From Lachnospira sp. UBA4285 (GTDB lineage Bacteria > Bacillota > Clostridia > Lachnospirales > Lachnospiraceae): a stretch of 61,112 nucleotides of DNA. Shown piece after piece: positions 41,690 to 51,247 of the stretch. Each line of letters starts with the position of its first letter. The first letter of the stretch is position 1. The position numbers were made by a program, and so were the translations under genes. The stretch covers positions 1 to 61,112 of the forward strand of contig DGVL01000088.1 in NCBI GenBank assembly GCA_002394965.1, in the 5' to 3' direction. The notes below the pieces were generated by a model. It worked only from the letters and a program-made list of their open reading frames with translations. It was not told the DNA's origin and searched no databases.

Positions 41690-42787
41690 TTATACGTTGA
41701 ACCGGAATACGACGACGTCGCCGTCCTGCATCACATAGTCCTTGCCCTCAAGTCGGATGAGTCCCTTCTCGCGCGCCACAGCGGAAGATCCGCAGTCGAG
41801 CAGATCCTGATAGTTGATGACCTCTGCGCGGATAAAGCCGCGCTCAAAATCCGAGTGAATCTTGCCGGCTGCCTGCGGGGCCTTGGTGCCTTTTTTGATG
41901 GTCCACGCGCGGGTTTCCTTTTCTCCGGCGGTGAGATAGGAGATGAGCCCGAGGATGCGGTAGCTCGCCGCGATCAGCTTGTCAAGGCCCGAAGAGGTCA
42001 CGCCCATCGCGCCCAGATAGTCCTTCTTCTCGGCGTCATCCAGTTCGGAGATCTCTTCCTCCATGCGCGCGCAGATGACGAATACTTCGCAGTCCGCTTC
42101 CTTCGCGTATTCACGCACCTTCTGAACGTAAGGGTTTCCGGCCCCGTCGTCTGCCATGTCGTCCTCGGCCACATTGGCGGCAAGGATCACTGGCTTGGCG
42201 GTGAGAAGGTTATAATCCTTCATCCAGAGTTCCTGTTCGTCGCTCTCGCACGGGAAGTTCTTCGCCAGTTTTCCGTCCTCCAGAAACGCCTTGAGCTTTT
42301 CGATGAAAGCGACTTCCTTCGCAATGTCCTTGTTGTTGAAAGCGGCTTTCTTCTGCTTCGCGAGCCGGCGGTCCAGCACCTCGATGTCGGAGAAGATGAG
42401 CTCCAGATTGATGGTATCGATGTCGCGCAGCGGGTCGATGGATCCGTCGACGTGGATGATATTGGTATCCTCAAAGCAGCGCACCACGTGGACGATGGCG
42501 TCCGTCTCGCGGATATTGGCGAGGAACTGGTTGCCGAGGCCCTCCCCTTTGCTCGCGCCTTTCACAAGTCCGGCAATGTCGACGAATTCGATCACCGCCG
42601 GCGTGATCTTCTTCGAGTTGTACAGTGCTGCCAGCTTGTCAAGCCTCTCGTCCGGAACCGCCACGACGCCGACGTTTGGGTCGATCGTGCAGAACGGATA
42701 GTTCTCCGAGGCCGCTCCCGCCTTCGTCAGAGAATTGAAGAGCGAACTCTTGCCGACATTGGGCAGACCAACGATACCTAATTTCAT
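41690..42787 (-). CDS. ychF: Ribosome-binding ATPase YchF
   Basis: 365 aa. 'MKLGIVGLPNVGKSSLFN', 'FCTIDPN', 'DIAGLVKGAS', and the C-terminal TGS-like 'IHSDFERGFIRAEV'. Confidence 0.95.
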   Translation of the reverse strand: MKLGIVGLPNVGKSSLFNSLTKAGAASENYPFCTIDPNVGVVAVPDERLDKLAALYNSKKITPAVIEFVDIAGLVKGASKGEGLGNQFLANIRETDAIVHVVRCFEDTNIIHVDGSIDPLRDIDTINLELIFSDIEVLDRRLAKQKKAAFNNKDIAKEVAFIEKLKAFLEDGKLAKNFPCESDEQELWMKDYNLLTAKPVILAANVAEDDMADDGAGNPYVQKVREYAKEADCEVFVICARMEEEISELDDAEKKDYLGAMGVTSSGLDKLIAASYRILGLISYLTAGEKETRAWTIKKGTKAPQAAGKIHSDFERGFIRAEVINYQDLLDCGSSAVAREKGLIRLEGKDYVMQDGDVVVFRFNV

Positions 42788-42877
42788 AATCTTTCTATCT
42801 CCTTTTCGCTGCCGCGAATTTGTTACAGTGTATCACAGAATGCGCGCAAGAAAAAGGAGGCAGCTCGGAGACGAACG

Positions 42878-43969
42878 TTACTGAAGTGTCAGATCGCCGT
42901 CCTTTACCCAACCCTTCCTGCGGCAGAAGAGATTGATGAGCGGCGCGAGGATGGCCGGAAGCACGAAACTGATGAGAATCAGACCGGTCACGTCAAAGGC
43001 ACTGATTGCTGCCATCTTTCCGGCGGCGATATCCGAAAGCCAGCCCTGAATAACGCCGATCTGGCCGACCAGACCGCAGGTTCCCATGCCGGAGTCGATA
43101 GCCGGACCGTTCATCTGAAGATGGAACACGCAAGTGGCGATCGGGCCTGTGATGGCGGAAGTGAGAGTCGGAGCGATCCAGATGCGCGGATTTTTCACGA
43201 TGTTGGGCATCTGCAGCATGGAGGTTCCGATGCCCTGTGATACGAGGCCGCCCCAGCGGTTTTCCTTAAACGACATGACGGCGAAGCCGACCATCTGCGC
43301 GCAGCACCCGGCGACAGCCGCGCCGCCCGCCAGACCGGTGAGCCCCAGTGCGGCGCAGATCGCCGCCGAGGAGATCGGCAGTGTCAGCGCGACGCCGACT
43401 GCGACTGACACTAAGATTCCCATGAGCAGCGGCTGCAGCTCTGTCGCCCACATGATGAATGTCCCGACCATCATGGCGAGCTTTCCGAGAGCCGGGGCCA
43501 GGAGCCATGACAGGAACACACCGACGCCGACCGTGACGAGCGGTGTCACGAGGATGTCAACTTTTGTCTCGCCGGAGACCATTTTGCCGACCTCGGATGT
43601 GATAATGGCGACAAAGAGCACAGCCAGCGGGCCGCCGGCGCCTCCTAATGCGTTAGAGGAAAAACCGACGGTGATGAGCGAGAAGAGAACCAGCGGCGGA
43701 CACTGAAGCGCGCGCCCGATGGCGGCAGCCATCGCCGGACCGCTCATGGCCATGGCGAGAGACCCGACCGTGTACTGGGTGCCGGATATCGTCGCGACCG
43801 GCTGCGTCAGGAACGAGATCGAAAAGAGAGCCCCGATCGTGTTGATGATCGTGCCGATGAGCAGAGAACAGAACAGCCCCTGCGCCATGGCTCCCAGTGC
43901 GTCAATGCCGTATCGCTTCAGCGAAATCTCAATGTTTTTTCGCTTACAGAAAGCTTTCCAAGAATCCAT
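42878..43969 (-). CDS. PfoR-like / PTS EIIC-like integral membrane protein (COG3641-type)
   Basis: The ORF track starts at 44146. AGGAAAGGGA precedes the ATG at 43969 ('MDSWKAFCKRKNIEISLKRYGIDALGAMAQGLFCSLLIGTIINTIG'). Polytopic. No EIIA/EIIB partner nearby. Confidence 0.6.
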   Translation of the reverse strand: MDSWKAFCKRKNIEISLKRYGIDALGAMAQGLFCSLLIGTIINTIGALFSISFLTQPVATISGTQYTVGSLAMAMSGPAMAAAIGRALQCPPLVLFSLITVGFSSNALGGAGGPLAVLFVAIITSEVGKMVSGETKVDILVTPLVTVGVGVFLSWLLAPALGKLAMMVGTFIMWATELQPLLMGILVSVAVGVALTLPISSAAICAALGLTGLAGGAAVAGCCAQMVGFAVMSFKENRWGGLVSQGIGTSMLQMPNIVKNPRIWIAPTLTSAITGPIATCVFHLQMNGPAIDSGMGTCGLVGQIGVIQGWLSDIAAGKMAAISAFDVTGLILISFVLPAILAPLINLFCRRKGWVKDGDLTLQ

Positions 43970-44157
43970 ATTTTTCCCTTTCCTCATTCTGACAGGCCGC
44001 CGCCCTGTACAGGCTGGCGCCATAACTTCAGCACGCGTTCTATTGTAAATATATGACATTACATGTGTCAAGACATAAATAGAGGGATGCGGTAAGGAAC
44101 GAAGAACAGGACGCGGCTGAGAGGAGTATGGTATGATAGGAGACAATCAGAAAGGAG

Positions 44158-45789
44158 TTGGTGATGATGCGGCCTGAGCGAGTGGACAGAAAGACGAAGA
44201 TTCAAAGATTTCCGCTTTTTGCCACTGGGTCACTCGCGGCGATTCTGGCACTCTTCGCGGCACTTACCGGCCGGCTTGACGGACACACAGTGGCGGGGGC
44301 CTGTTTCTGGTACGCACTCGTCATGGCGGTATATGAATTCCGACCCGGATCCTGGGTGAATTCGTTTCCGGCTTCGGAATACAGTTCGCGACACACCTGT
44401 CTCACGCTTGCAGCCGAGATCCTGCTTATACTCGCCTGCATCCTGCCGATGTCCCTTTCGCCGATCTGGAACGGTGAAGTGCCCGATCACCGAAACGAAT
44501 ATGAGGTGATGGCGGATTCGCTTCTGGAAGGCCATCTGTATCTGGACTATGATGACATCGATCCGAAGCTTCTGACGATGGAGAATCCGTATGATCCGGA
44601 GGCGCGCAAAGCCGCTGGCGTCAGCGTGCACTGGGATCACGCCTGGTACAACGGGCATTATTATATGTACTTCGGCGTCGTGCCGGCTGTTCTGACGTTT
44701 CTGCCGTATCGGATTCTCACCGGACACGCCCTGACAACCTATCACGCGACTCAGCTGTATGTGATGCTGATGATTCTGGGCTTTTTTGCGCTGTTTCAGG
44801 AACTTGCAGACCGCTTTTACAAAAGACTGCCCTTCGGAACGTATCTGCTGCTGTCTGCTGCGTCTGGCGCCATCAGCTCCTGGTACTGTGCCGAGGCACC
44901 GGCGCTGTACTGCACCGCGATATCGGCGGGACTCTGCCTTCAGGTCTGGAGTATTTATTTTTTCGCGCGCGCTGCATTCACCATAAAAGCGGGAAAGAAG
45001 CGCGTCAGATGGGCGGTGCTTGGCGCGCTGCTCGGCAGTCTTGCCTTCGGGTGCCGGCCGCCGGTGGCCCTCGGGAATCTGCTTGCCCTTGGGATGCTTG
45101 TCCCCTGCCTTAAGGGGCATCGGCCATCTGCGAGGTTTTTCAAAGCGCTTTTCACCGTGTTTCTTCCTTATATACTGGTGGGGGCAGCTCTGATGTGGTA
45201 CAACTATGCGCGCTTTGACAATCCGTTTGAGTTTGGCCAGACGTATCAGATGACGGTGGCAGACCAGCACTTGTATTCGACTGCGTCTTTCAGACTTGCC
45301 CCCGGGAAGGCACTGCAGGCTATCACCGGGAATTTCTTTGGCTTCGGAGGGGTGTCCGATACGTTTCCGTATATATCCTTTTCCGGCGCGTTCCTGAATT
45401 TCCCTGTCTTCTTTCTTGTTCTGAACCTGCTTGACCGGGACGTGCTGCGGGGCGTGAGAAAGGACGGCCTTTCGGGAACACTTCTGTGCCTGGCTGTGAC
45501 GCCTCTGCTCGTGACGGCACTTGATGCCGCCTGGACGCCATTCCTGATGGAGCGGTACCGGCTGGATATCTATTATCTTCTTTCCATCCTGACCTTTACC
45601 GCGGTGGCGGCGGCCCACCGGGACAAGGAAGAAAGAGGCGCCCGCCGGGTGCTCTGGGCAGCCGATATTCTGGGCGTTTTAGCGCTCCTGGGTTCTTTCC
45701 TGCTGTTTCTGGTGCCCAACGACTGTAATATCGCCGCGCTGTATCCGGAAATATCCGATTCGATGCGGCGCATCATTCTCTTTTTCTGA
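44158..45789 (+). CDS. Large polytopic membrane protein of unknown function (possibly a GT-C-type glycosyltransferase)
   Basis: 543 aa (alternative ATG starts at 44164/44167 after AAAGGAG), with more than 10 TM segments. The loop 'ENPYDPEARKAAGVSVHWDHAWYNGHYYMYFG' resembles ArnT/PMT-like proteins only loosely. Confidence 0.35.
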   Translation: MVMMRPERVDRKTKIQRFPLFATGSLAAILALFAALTGRLDGHTVAGACFWYALVMAVYEFRPGSWVNSFPASEYSSRHTCLTLAAEILLILACILPMSLSPIWNGEVPDHRNEYEVMADSLLEGHLYLDYDDIDPKLLTMENPYDPEARKAAGVSVHWDHAWYNGHYYMYFGVVPAVLTFLPYRILTGHALTTYHATQLYVMLMILGFFALFQELADRFYKRLPFGTYLLLSAASGAISSWYCAEAPALYCTAISAGLCLQVWSIYFFARAAFTIKAGKKRVRWAVLGALLGSLAFGCRPPVALGNLLALGMLVPCLKGHRPSARFFKALFTVFLPYILVGAALMWYNYARFDNPFEFGQTYQMTVADQHLYSTASFRLAPGKALQAITGNFFGFGGVSDTFPYISFSGAFLNFPVFFLVLNLLDRDVLRGVRKDGLSGTLLCLAVTPLLVTALDAAWTPFLMERYRLDIYYLLSILTFTAVAAAHRDKEERGARRVLWAADILGVLALLGSFLLFLVPNDCNIAALYPEISDSMRRIILFF

Positions 45790-45833
45790 TATTTTATTTT
45801 ATCTGCGGCGGATGTGCCGCCATACCACGAGAC

Positions 45834-45872
45834 TGCTGCGGGAGGGAATTGACCTTTCCGCAGCATATTTTT
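45834..45872 (+). terminator. Rho-independent terminator upstream of the dcw cluster
   Basis: Stem TGCTGCGG / CCGCAGCA (8 bp plus a G-U pair), 14-nt loop, then TATTTTT. Confidence 0.5.
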
Positions 45873-45880
45873 GTACTCTC

Positions 45881-45909
45881 TTGAATTCAGGGGGGATTTA
45901 GGGTAATAT
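45881..45909 (+). promoter_or_regulatory. Candidate Pmra promoter of the dcw cluster
   Basis: TTGAAT (45881-45886), 17-nt spacer, TAATAT (45904-45909). Confidence 0.5.
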
Positions 45910-45917
45910 TGGCATTG

Positions 45918-45955
45918 AAAGTGGCGAATTTTACCACAAAGTGTAATTTTGTGGG
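45918..45955 (+). promoter_or_regulatory. Candidate MraZ operator: GTG[G/T] boxes on a 10-nt register
   Basis: GAAAGTGG (GTGG at 45921), CAAAGTGT (GTGT at 45941), TTTTGTGGGGG (GTGG at 45951). The starts fall at +0, +20 and +30 nt, just downstream of the -10 element. Confidence 0.5.
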
Positions 45956-45974
45956 GGATCGGAGGCGACGCGTC

Positions 45975-46412
45975 ATGTTTATGGGACAATACAATCATAA
46001 TCTTGACGCGAAGGGACGGCTGATCGTCCCGGCCAGACTCCGGGAGCCGCTGGGAGAGCACGCATTTGTCACGAAAGGGTTGGACGGCTGCCTGTTTGTG
46101 TACACAGAGAGCGACTGGAAGGCCTTTGAGGAAAAGCTGGGGAAGCTGCCGATCACGAGTCCTGACGCGCGCCAGTTCGCGAGATTTTTCCTGGCAGGCG
46201 CAGCGGACTGCGAGTTTGACAAGCAGGGGCGTATTCTGATTCCGCAGGTCCTGCGGGATTACGCGGACCTGAAGAAAGAAGTCGTTCTCGTGGGCGTCGC
46301 GAGCCGGATTGAGATATGGAGCGGGCAGCGCTGGAATGAGCGCGAGGCGGCTTACAACCAGAACATGGATGAAGTGGCCGTGAATCTCGGCAATCTGGGA
46401 TTCAGCATCTGA
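45975..46412 (+). CDS. mraZ: Transcriptional regulator MraZ
   Basis: The ORF track starts at 45909. The canonical N-terminus 'MFMGQYNHNLDAKGRLIVPARLRE' starts at 45975. The second SpoVT/AbrB-like repeat is 'DKQGRILIPQVLRDYA'. Confidence 0.93.
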   Translation: MFMGQYNHNLDAKGRLIVPARLREPLGEHAFVTKGLDGCLFVYTESDWKAFEEKLGKLPITSPDARQFARFFLAGAADCEFDKQGRILIPQVLRDYADLKKEVVLVGVASRIEIWSGQRWNEREAAYNQNMDEVAVNLGNLGFSI

Positions 46413-46424
46413 TCGGAGAACAGA

Positions 46425-47390
46425 ATGGAATTTAAACACACGCCGGTCCTGCTGAAGGAAGTGCTCGAAAACCTGAACATCCGTCCGGACGGCATCTATG
46501 TGGACGGGACGCTCGGAGGCGCTGGTCACGCTGAGGAGATTGTGAAGCGGCTCGGAGAGGGCGGACGTCTGATCGGAATCGATCAGGACGCGGACGCCAT
46601 CCGCGCGGCGAAGGACAGGCTGGCTTCGTACAAAGAGAAGGTGAGCATCTTCCGAAGTAATTATGAGAGCTTCGCGGACGTGCTCAGTCAGGCTGGGGTG
46701 GAGCGGGTCGATGGATTTCTGCTGGACCTTGGCGTCTCTTCGTATCAGCTGGATACAGCAGAGCGAGGCTTTTCCTACAGTGTCAACGCTCCGCTTGACA
46801 TGCGGATGGACGACCGGCAGAGCCGGACGGCGGCCGACATCGTCAACACATATTCCAGAAAGGAACTCACGAGGATTCTTCGGGAGTACGGGGAGGAGCG
46901 CTTCGCGCCGCAGATCGCAGCCGGCATTGAAAAGGCGAGACAGAAAGCGCCGCTCACGACAACATTTGAACTGGATGACGTGATCCGGGACTCGATTCCC
47001 GCAAGATTCCGGGAGCACGGCGGACATCCGGCCAAGCGGACGTTCCAGGCGATTCGGATCGAGCTGAACCGCGAGCTGGAGGTTCTGCAGGATTCCATCG
47101 GAGCCATGATCGACAGCCTGAACGAGGGCGGAAGGATCTGTATCATCACCTTCCACTCGCTGGAAGACCGGATCGTCAAGAACGCATTTAAGAAAGCGCA
47201 GGATCCCTGCACATGCCCGCCGGATTTCCCCGTGTGTGTGTGCGGCCAGATTTCAAAGGGACACATAATAACCCGGAAGCCGATTCTTCCGGGCGAAGAA
47301 GAGCAGGAGATAAACCCGAGATCCAGAAGCGCGAAGCTGCGGGTCTTTGAGAGGAAGACAGGGACGACAGGAAAATGGCAGAAAGAATGA
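46425..47390 (+). CDS. rsmH: 16S rRNA (cytosine1402-N4)-methyltransferase RsmH (MraW)
   Basis: 321 aa. '[11 protein letters not shown]', '[12 protein letters not shown]', '[10 protein letters not shown]', '[12 protein letters not shown]'. Confidence 0.95.
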   Translation: MEFKHTPVLLKEVLENLNIRPDGIYVDGTLGGAGHAEEIVKRLGEGGRLIGIDQDADAIRAAKDRLASYKEKVSIFRSNYESFADVLSQAGVERVDGFLLDLGVSSYQLDTAERGFSYSVNAPLDMRMDDRQSRTAADIVNTYSRKELTRILREYGEERFAPQIAAGIEKARQKAPLTTTFELDDVIRDSIPARFREHGGHPAKRTFQAIRIELNRELEVLQDSIGAMIDSLNEGGRICIITFHSLEDRIVKNAFKKAQDPCTCPPDFPVCVCGQISKGHIITRKPILPGEEEQEINPRSRSAKLRVFERKTGTTGKWQKE

Positions 47391-47836
47391 CGAGACAGAT
47401 GTATATCGGCGGAAGCGCGGCGCCAAAGCCGCTCGCGCAGCCGGACCGCAGGACGGGGACTTCTACCAGACAGTATACGACTCTGCACAGCCGGTATGTC
47501 AGGCGCGTCAATGCGTTCAATTTCCTGTACACACTGGCAGTCATCGGTGTGGTGGCAGTGATTTTCACATTCTGTGTATCGTATCTCAGGACAAGGGCCG
47601 CCATGCAGGCCAACGAGGCCAAGATCGCCAGTCTTCAGGCACAGCTTTCTTCGCTCACCTCGGAGAATGACGACGAAGCCATGAAACTTTCGGCCAATGT
47701 CGATTACCAGGAGATCTACCGGGTGGCCACGGAGGAACTCGGCATGACATATCCGACCGGGGGACAGGTTGTTGAATACAGCGCGGGGGACAGTGAATAT
47801 GTCGAACAGTACAGCGATGTTCCGACTTCAAAATGA
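47375..47836 (+). CDS. ftsL: Cell division protein FtsL-like (bitopic, coiled coil)
   Basis: 153 aa. It overlaps rsmH by 16 nt. Single TM '[24 protein letters not shown]' followed by '[18 protein letters not shown]'. The call rests on position in the dcw cluster. Confidence 0.7.
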   Translation: MAERMTRQMYIGGSAAPKPLAQPDRRTGTSTRQYTTLHSRYVRRVNAFNFLYTLAVIGVVAVIFTFCVSYLRTRAAMQANEAKIASLQAQLSSLTSENDDEAMKLSANVDYQEIYRVATEELGMTYPTGGQVVEYSAGDSEYVEQYSDVPTSK

Positions 47837-47870
47837 TATGTGAAGCGCAGGGAGACTTAAGGACTGAACC

Positions 47871-49826
47871 ATGACAGATATCCGCGGCAGAAATCCGAAT
47901 AAAAAGAAGGCAGTGCGAAGACGGACGTACGAAAAGTCTGCGGCTGCCTTCTTTCTTACTGTTGCGCTGCTGTTCACCCTGGTCGTGCGGATCGGCTGCA
48001 TCAACGTCACCAAAGGCAGCGCCTACTCGAAAATCGTGCTGAATCATCAGGCGTACACATCGGAGACTCTGACGGCAAAGCGCGGCGAGATTGTCGACAG
48101 GAACGGCACAATTCTGGCGTACAGCGAGAAAGTCTACAATCTCATCATCGATCCGGCAGCTATCCTGTCTGACGCAGCGTATGTAGAACCGACGATCAAG
48201 GCACTCACGGAACAGTTCCCACAGCTCTCCGCGTCGGACATCCGCCAGGTTCTCGCGGATTATCCGGATTCAAAGTACCGCAAGATTCTCACGAAACTGA
48301 CGGAGAGTGAGATCGCCGGGATGAATGCGATCCTGGCGGACACGGCTGACAACCCGAATGTCACAGGCATCTACTTTGAGACCACCTATCAGCGCGAGTA
48401 TCCGTTTGACACGCTGGCATGCGACACCATCGGATATGCGGACTCCGGCGGCGGGGAACTGGGGCTGGAGAGATGGTATGACAGCGAACTGACCGGGACC
48501 AGTGGTCAGACGTACAACTACGTGAATGAGGACCTGGATTCCGAGGAGGCGACACAGCCGGCCAGGGACGGTCTGACGGTTGTCACGACAATTGACTATC
48601 AGATTCAGTCGATCATCGACAACTACCTGGTGGAATACAACAATAACTCGCCGGCCAAGGGAATGGCGGTCATTGCGATGAACCCGAACAATGGCGAGAT
48701 TCTGGCGATGTCCAACTGGCCGTTCTTCAATCTGAACAGCCCGCGCGACCTGAGCGGCGCCTACACGCAGGAAGAGATCGACGCGATGAGCGAGGATGAA
48801 ACGCTGACGGCGCTGAACGAGCTGTGGAACAATTACGCGGTCTCACAGATCTATGAACCCGGTTCGACCTTCAAATCGATCACGGTGGCATCAGCCCTCG
48901 AGGAGAATCTGGTGAGTGAGAGCAGCCATTATTACTGCAGCGGCGCAAAGCAGGTGGAGGATTATTTTATCAAGTGCGTCGCCTACAGCGAAGGCGGACA
49001 CGGAAGCCTGACGCTTGAGGAAGGCCTTGGCTATTCCTGCAATGTCGAGCTGATGGACATCGGAGAGTCGCTCGGGGCCGAGAAGATGCGCAAGCATCAG
49101 GACGACTTCGGATTCGGATCCAAGACAGGAATCGACCTGCCCAGCGAGGAGCGCGGACTTGTGAAGGACGCCGATACCATGGATGCGGTCGATGTTGCGA
49201 CCAATTCCTTCGGGCAGAACATCAGCGTCACCATGGTGCAGATGGCGTCGGCGTACGCCTCCATGATAAATGGCGGCAGCTACTACAAACCGCATCTGGT
49301 GAAGGCTTTTGAGAACTCTTCGGGCGACACGGTGCAGACTGTCGCACCGACGCTGGTGCGCCGCACGGTGACGGAGGAGACTTCGGAGACGATGCGCAAA
49401 TTCCTGGAAGACGCTGTCACGGTGTATGGTGTTCAGGAGATGAAAGTGCCGGGATACCGCATCGGAGGCAAGACAGGAACCGCGCAGAAGATCCCGCGCA
49501 CGGATCTGAAGTGGGTGACCTCGGCGATAAGCTTTGTGCCGGCTGACAACCCGTCCTTTCTGCTGTATGTTGTAATCGACGAGGAGAACGGGACCAGCGG
49601 AACGACGGAGGCAAACAGCAACGAGGCACAGCACATCACGCGGACGCTCTATCAGAGACTGCTGCCGTATCTGGGAATTGAATACAGCGCTGAAGTTGAG
49701 GCACAGCAGACGGCAGCGCTCGAGCAGGTGAATCAGAGTAAGGTGTCGATCAGCTCAGAATCGGCAATTGATTCGCCGCAGAGCTCCACGGCCGACACGA
49801 CCAATGCCGAATATGAGGCCGGATAG
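47871..49826 (+). CDS. Class B penicillin-binding protein (FtsI / PBP2B / SpoVD-type transpeptidase)
   Basis: 651 aa. N-terminal TM anchor. Active-site motifs 'STFK' (EPGSTFKSIT), 'SCN' (GYSCNVE), 'KTGTA' (GGKTGTAQ). Confidence 0.92.
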   Translation: MTDIRGRNPNKKKAVRRRTYEKSAAAFFLTVALLFTLVVRIGCINVTKGSAYSKIVLNHQAYTSETLTAKRGEIVDRNGTILAYSEKVYNLIIDPAAILSDAAYVEPTIKALTEQFPQLSASDIRQVLADYPDSKYRKILTKLTESEIAGMNAILADTADNPNVTGIYFETTYQREYPFDTLACDTIGYADSGGGELGLERWYDSELTGTSGQTYNYVNEDLDSEEATQPARDGLTVVTTIDYQIQSIIDNYLVEYNNNSPAKGMAVIAMNPNNGEILAMSNWPFFNLNSPRDLSGAYTQEEIDAMSEDETLTALNELWNNYAVSQIYEPGSTFKSITVASALEENLVSESSHYYCSGAKQVEDYFIKCVAYSEGGHGSLTLEEGLGYSCNVELMDIGESLGAEKMRKHQDDFGFGSKTGIDLPSEERGLVKDADTMDAVDVATNSFGQNISVTMVQMASAYASMINGGSYYKPHLVKAFENSSGDTVQTVAPTLVRRTVTEETSETMRKFLEDAVTVYGVQEMKVPGYRIGGKTGTAQKIPRTDLKWVTSAISFVPADNPSFLLYVVIDEENGTSGTTEANSNEAQHITRTLYQRLLPYLGIEYSAEVEAQQTAALEQVNQSKVSISSESAIDSPQSSTADTTNAEYEAG

Positions 49827-49851
49827 GAATCCGGAGAAGAAGGTACGGACA

Positions 49852-51228
49852 ATGGATGAGGATATGGATCTTAAAGGAAAGAAAGTAACCGTTGTTGGCA
49901 CGGGCATCAGCGGAATCGGCGCGGCTAAGCTGCTGATTCATGCGGGCGCCGACGTGCTGCTGTATGACGCGAATCCGGACATCAATCCGCAGGCCGTTCA
50001 GGAAAAGCTGGGCGGAATTAAGCCAAGGCTTCTGACCGGGGAGATGACGGAGGCGGCAGCGGAGGAGACTCAGCTTCTGGTGATCAGCCCCGGCGTCCCG
50101 ATCGACAGCCCGCTGGTGGAGAGATTCCGCACGCAGGGAACACCTGTGTGGGGAGAAATCGAGCTCGCCTGGCATTTCGAGAAGGGAAAGGTCATCGCGA
50201 TCACCGGCACCAATGGAAAGACAACCACGACGGCGCTCACCGGCGCGATTCTTGGCGCGGCGGTGAAGGATACCCTTGTCGTCGGGAATATCGGCCGCTC
50301 TTATACCGGCGAGGTTTTAAAAACAAACAGCGGCTCTGTGACGGTTGCGGAGATCAGCAGCTTTCAGCTGGAGAGTATCCGGACATTTCATCCGGTGATC
50401 AGCGCGATCCTGAATATCACACCGGACCACCTTGACCGCCATCACACCATGGAGTGCTATGCGCAGACGAAGGAAAAGATCTGCATGAACGAGGGGGCTG
50501 GCGATGCGGTTGTTCTCAACTACGATGATGAGCGCCTCAGAGAGTTCGGCAGCGCAAAGTCAGATGTCCGGGTCGTGTGGTTTGCAAGAAAGTCGATCCC
50601 CCCGAAGGGCGAGTTTGCTTATCTGAAGGGCGATGAGATCTGGCTCGGCGAGGACGGTGCTCTCACCCGGAATTATATGAATGTCCATGACATGAAACTG
50701 ATCGGAGCCCACAATTACGAGAATGTGATGGCGGCGATCTGCATGGCAAGGCTCTGGGGCGTTGCCGATGATGTCATCCGCGAAGAGATCCGGAACTTCA
50801 AGGCGGTAGAACACCGCATCGAGTACGTCCGGGAGAAGGATGGAGTTGTGTATTACAACGACTCCAAGGGAACGAATCCGGATGCCTCCATCAAGGCGAT
50901 CGAGGCGATGAACCGGCCGACCGTTCTGATCGGCGGAGGCTTTGATAAACAGCTCGCATTCGACGACTATGTGGAGGCCTTCGGGGATAAGGTGAAGGTC
51001 CTTGTCGTGCTGGGACAGACGGCCGACAAGCTCGAGGCGTGTGCAAAAGCCCACGGATTTGAGAACGTAATTCACGCGAAGGACATGAAGGAGTGCGTGA
51101 AGATCTGTGCCAGAGAGGCGAAACCGGGATTCGCGGTGCTGCTCTCCCCTGCCTGTGCGAGCTGGGGGATGTTTGACAACTATGAACAGCGCGGCCGCAT
51201 CTTCAAGAAATATGTAAACGAGCTGTGA
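49852..51228 (+). CDS. murD: UDP-N-acetylmuramoyl-L-alanine--D-glutamate ligase MurD
   Basis: The ORF track starts at 49768, inside the PBP gene. The ATG at 49852 follows GGAGAAGAAGG. 'KKVTVVGTGISGIGAAKLL', 'ISPGVP', 'IAITGTNGKTTTT', 'DSKGTNPDA'. Confidence 0.92.
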   Translation: MDEDMDLKGKKVTVVGTGISGIGAAKLLIHAGADVLLYDANPDINPQAVQEKLGGIKPRLLTGEMTEAAAEETQLLVISPGVPIDSPLVERFRTQGTPVWGEIELAWHFEKGKVIAITGTNGKTTTTALTGAILGAAVKDTLVVGNIGRSYTGEVLKTNSGSVTVAEISSFQLESIRTFHPVISAILNITPDHLDRHHTMECYAQTKEKICMNEGAGDAVVLNYDDERLREFGSAKSDVRVVWFARKSIPPKGEFAYLKGDEIWLGEDGALTRNYMNVHDMKLIGAHNYENVMAAICMARLWGVADDVIREEIRNFKAVEHRIEYVREKDGVVYYNDSKGTNPDASIKAIEAMNRPTVLIGGGFDKQLAFDDYVEAFGDKVKVLVVLGQTADKLEACAKAHGFENVIHAKDMKECVKICAREAKPGFAVLLSPACASWGMFDNYEQRGRIFKKYVNEL

Positions 51229-51247
51229 TGTTCAGCGGGGGAGTGCG

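Noticed and set aside
41855-42781. 308-aa plus-strand ORF inside ychF
   Set aside because: It is antisense to a highly conserved YchF sequence.
45573-47156. 527-aa minus-strand ORF antisense to mraZ and rsmH, plus the 462-aa ORF at 44230-45618 antisense to the membrane protein gene
   Set aside because: The plus-strand products are canonical (MraZ, RsmH) or clearly membrane-like. The antisense translations are Arg-rich with no motifs.
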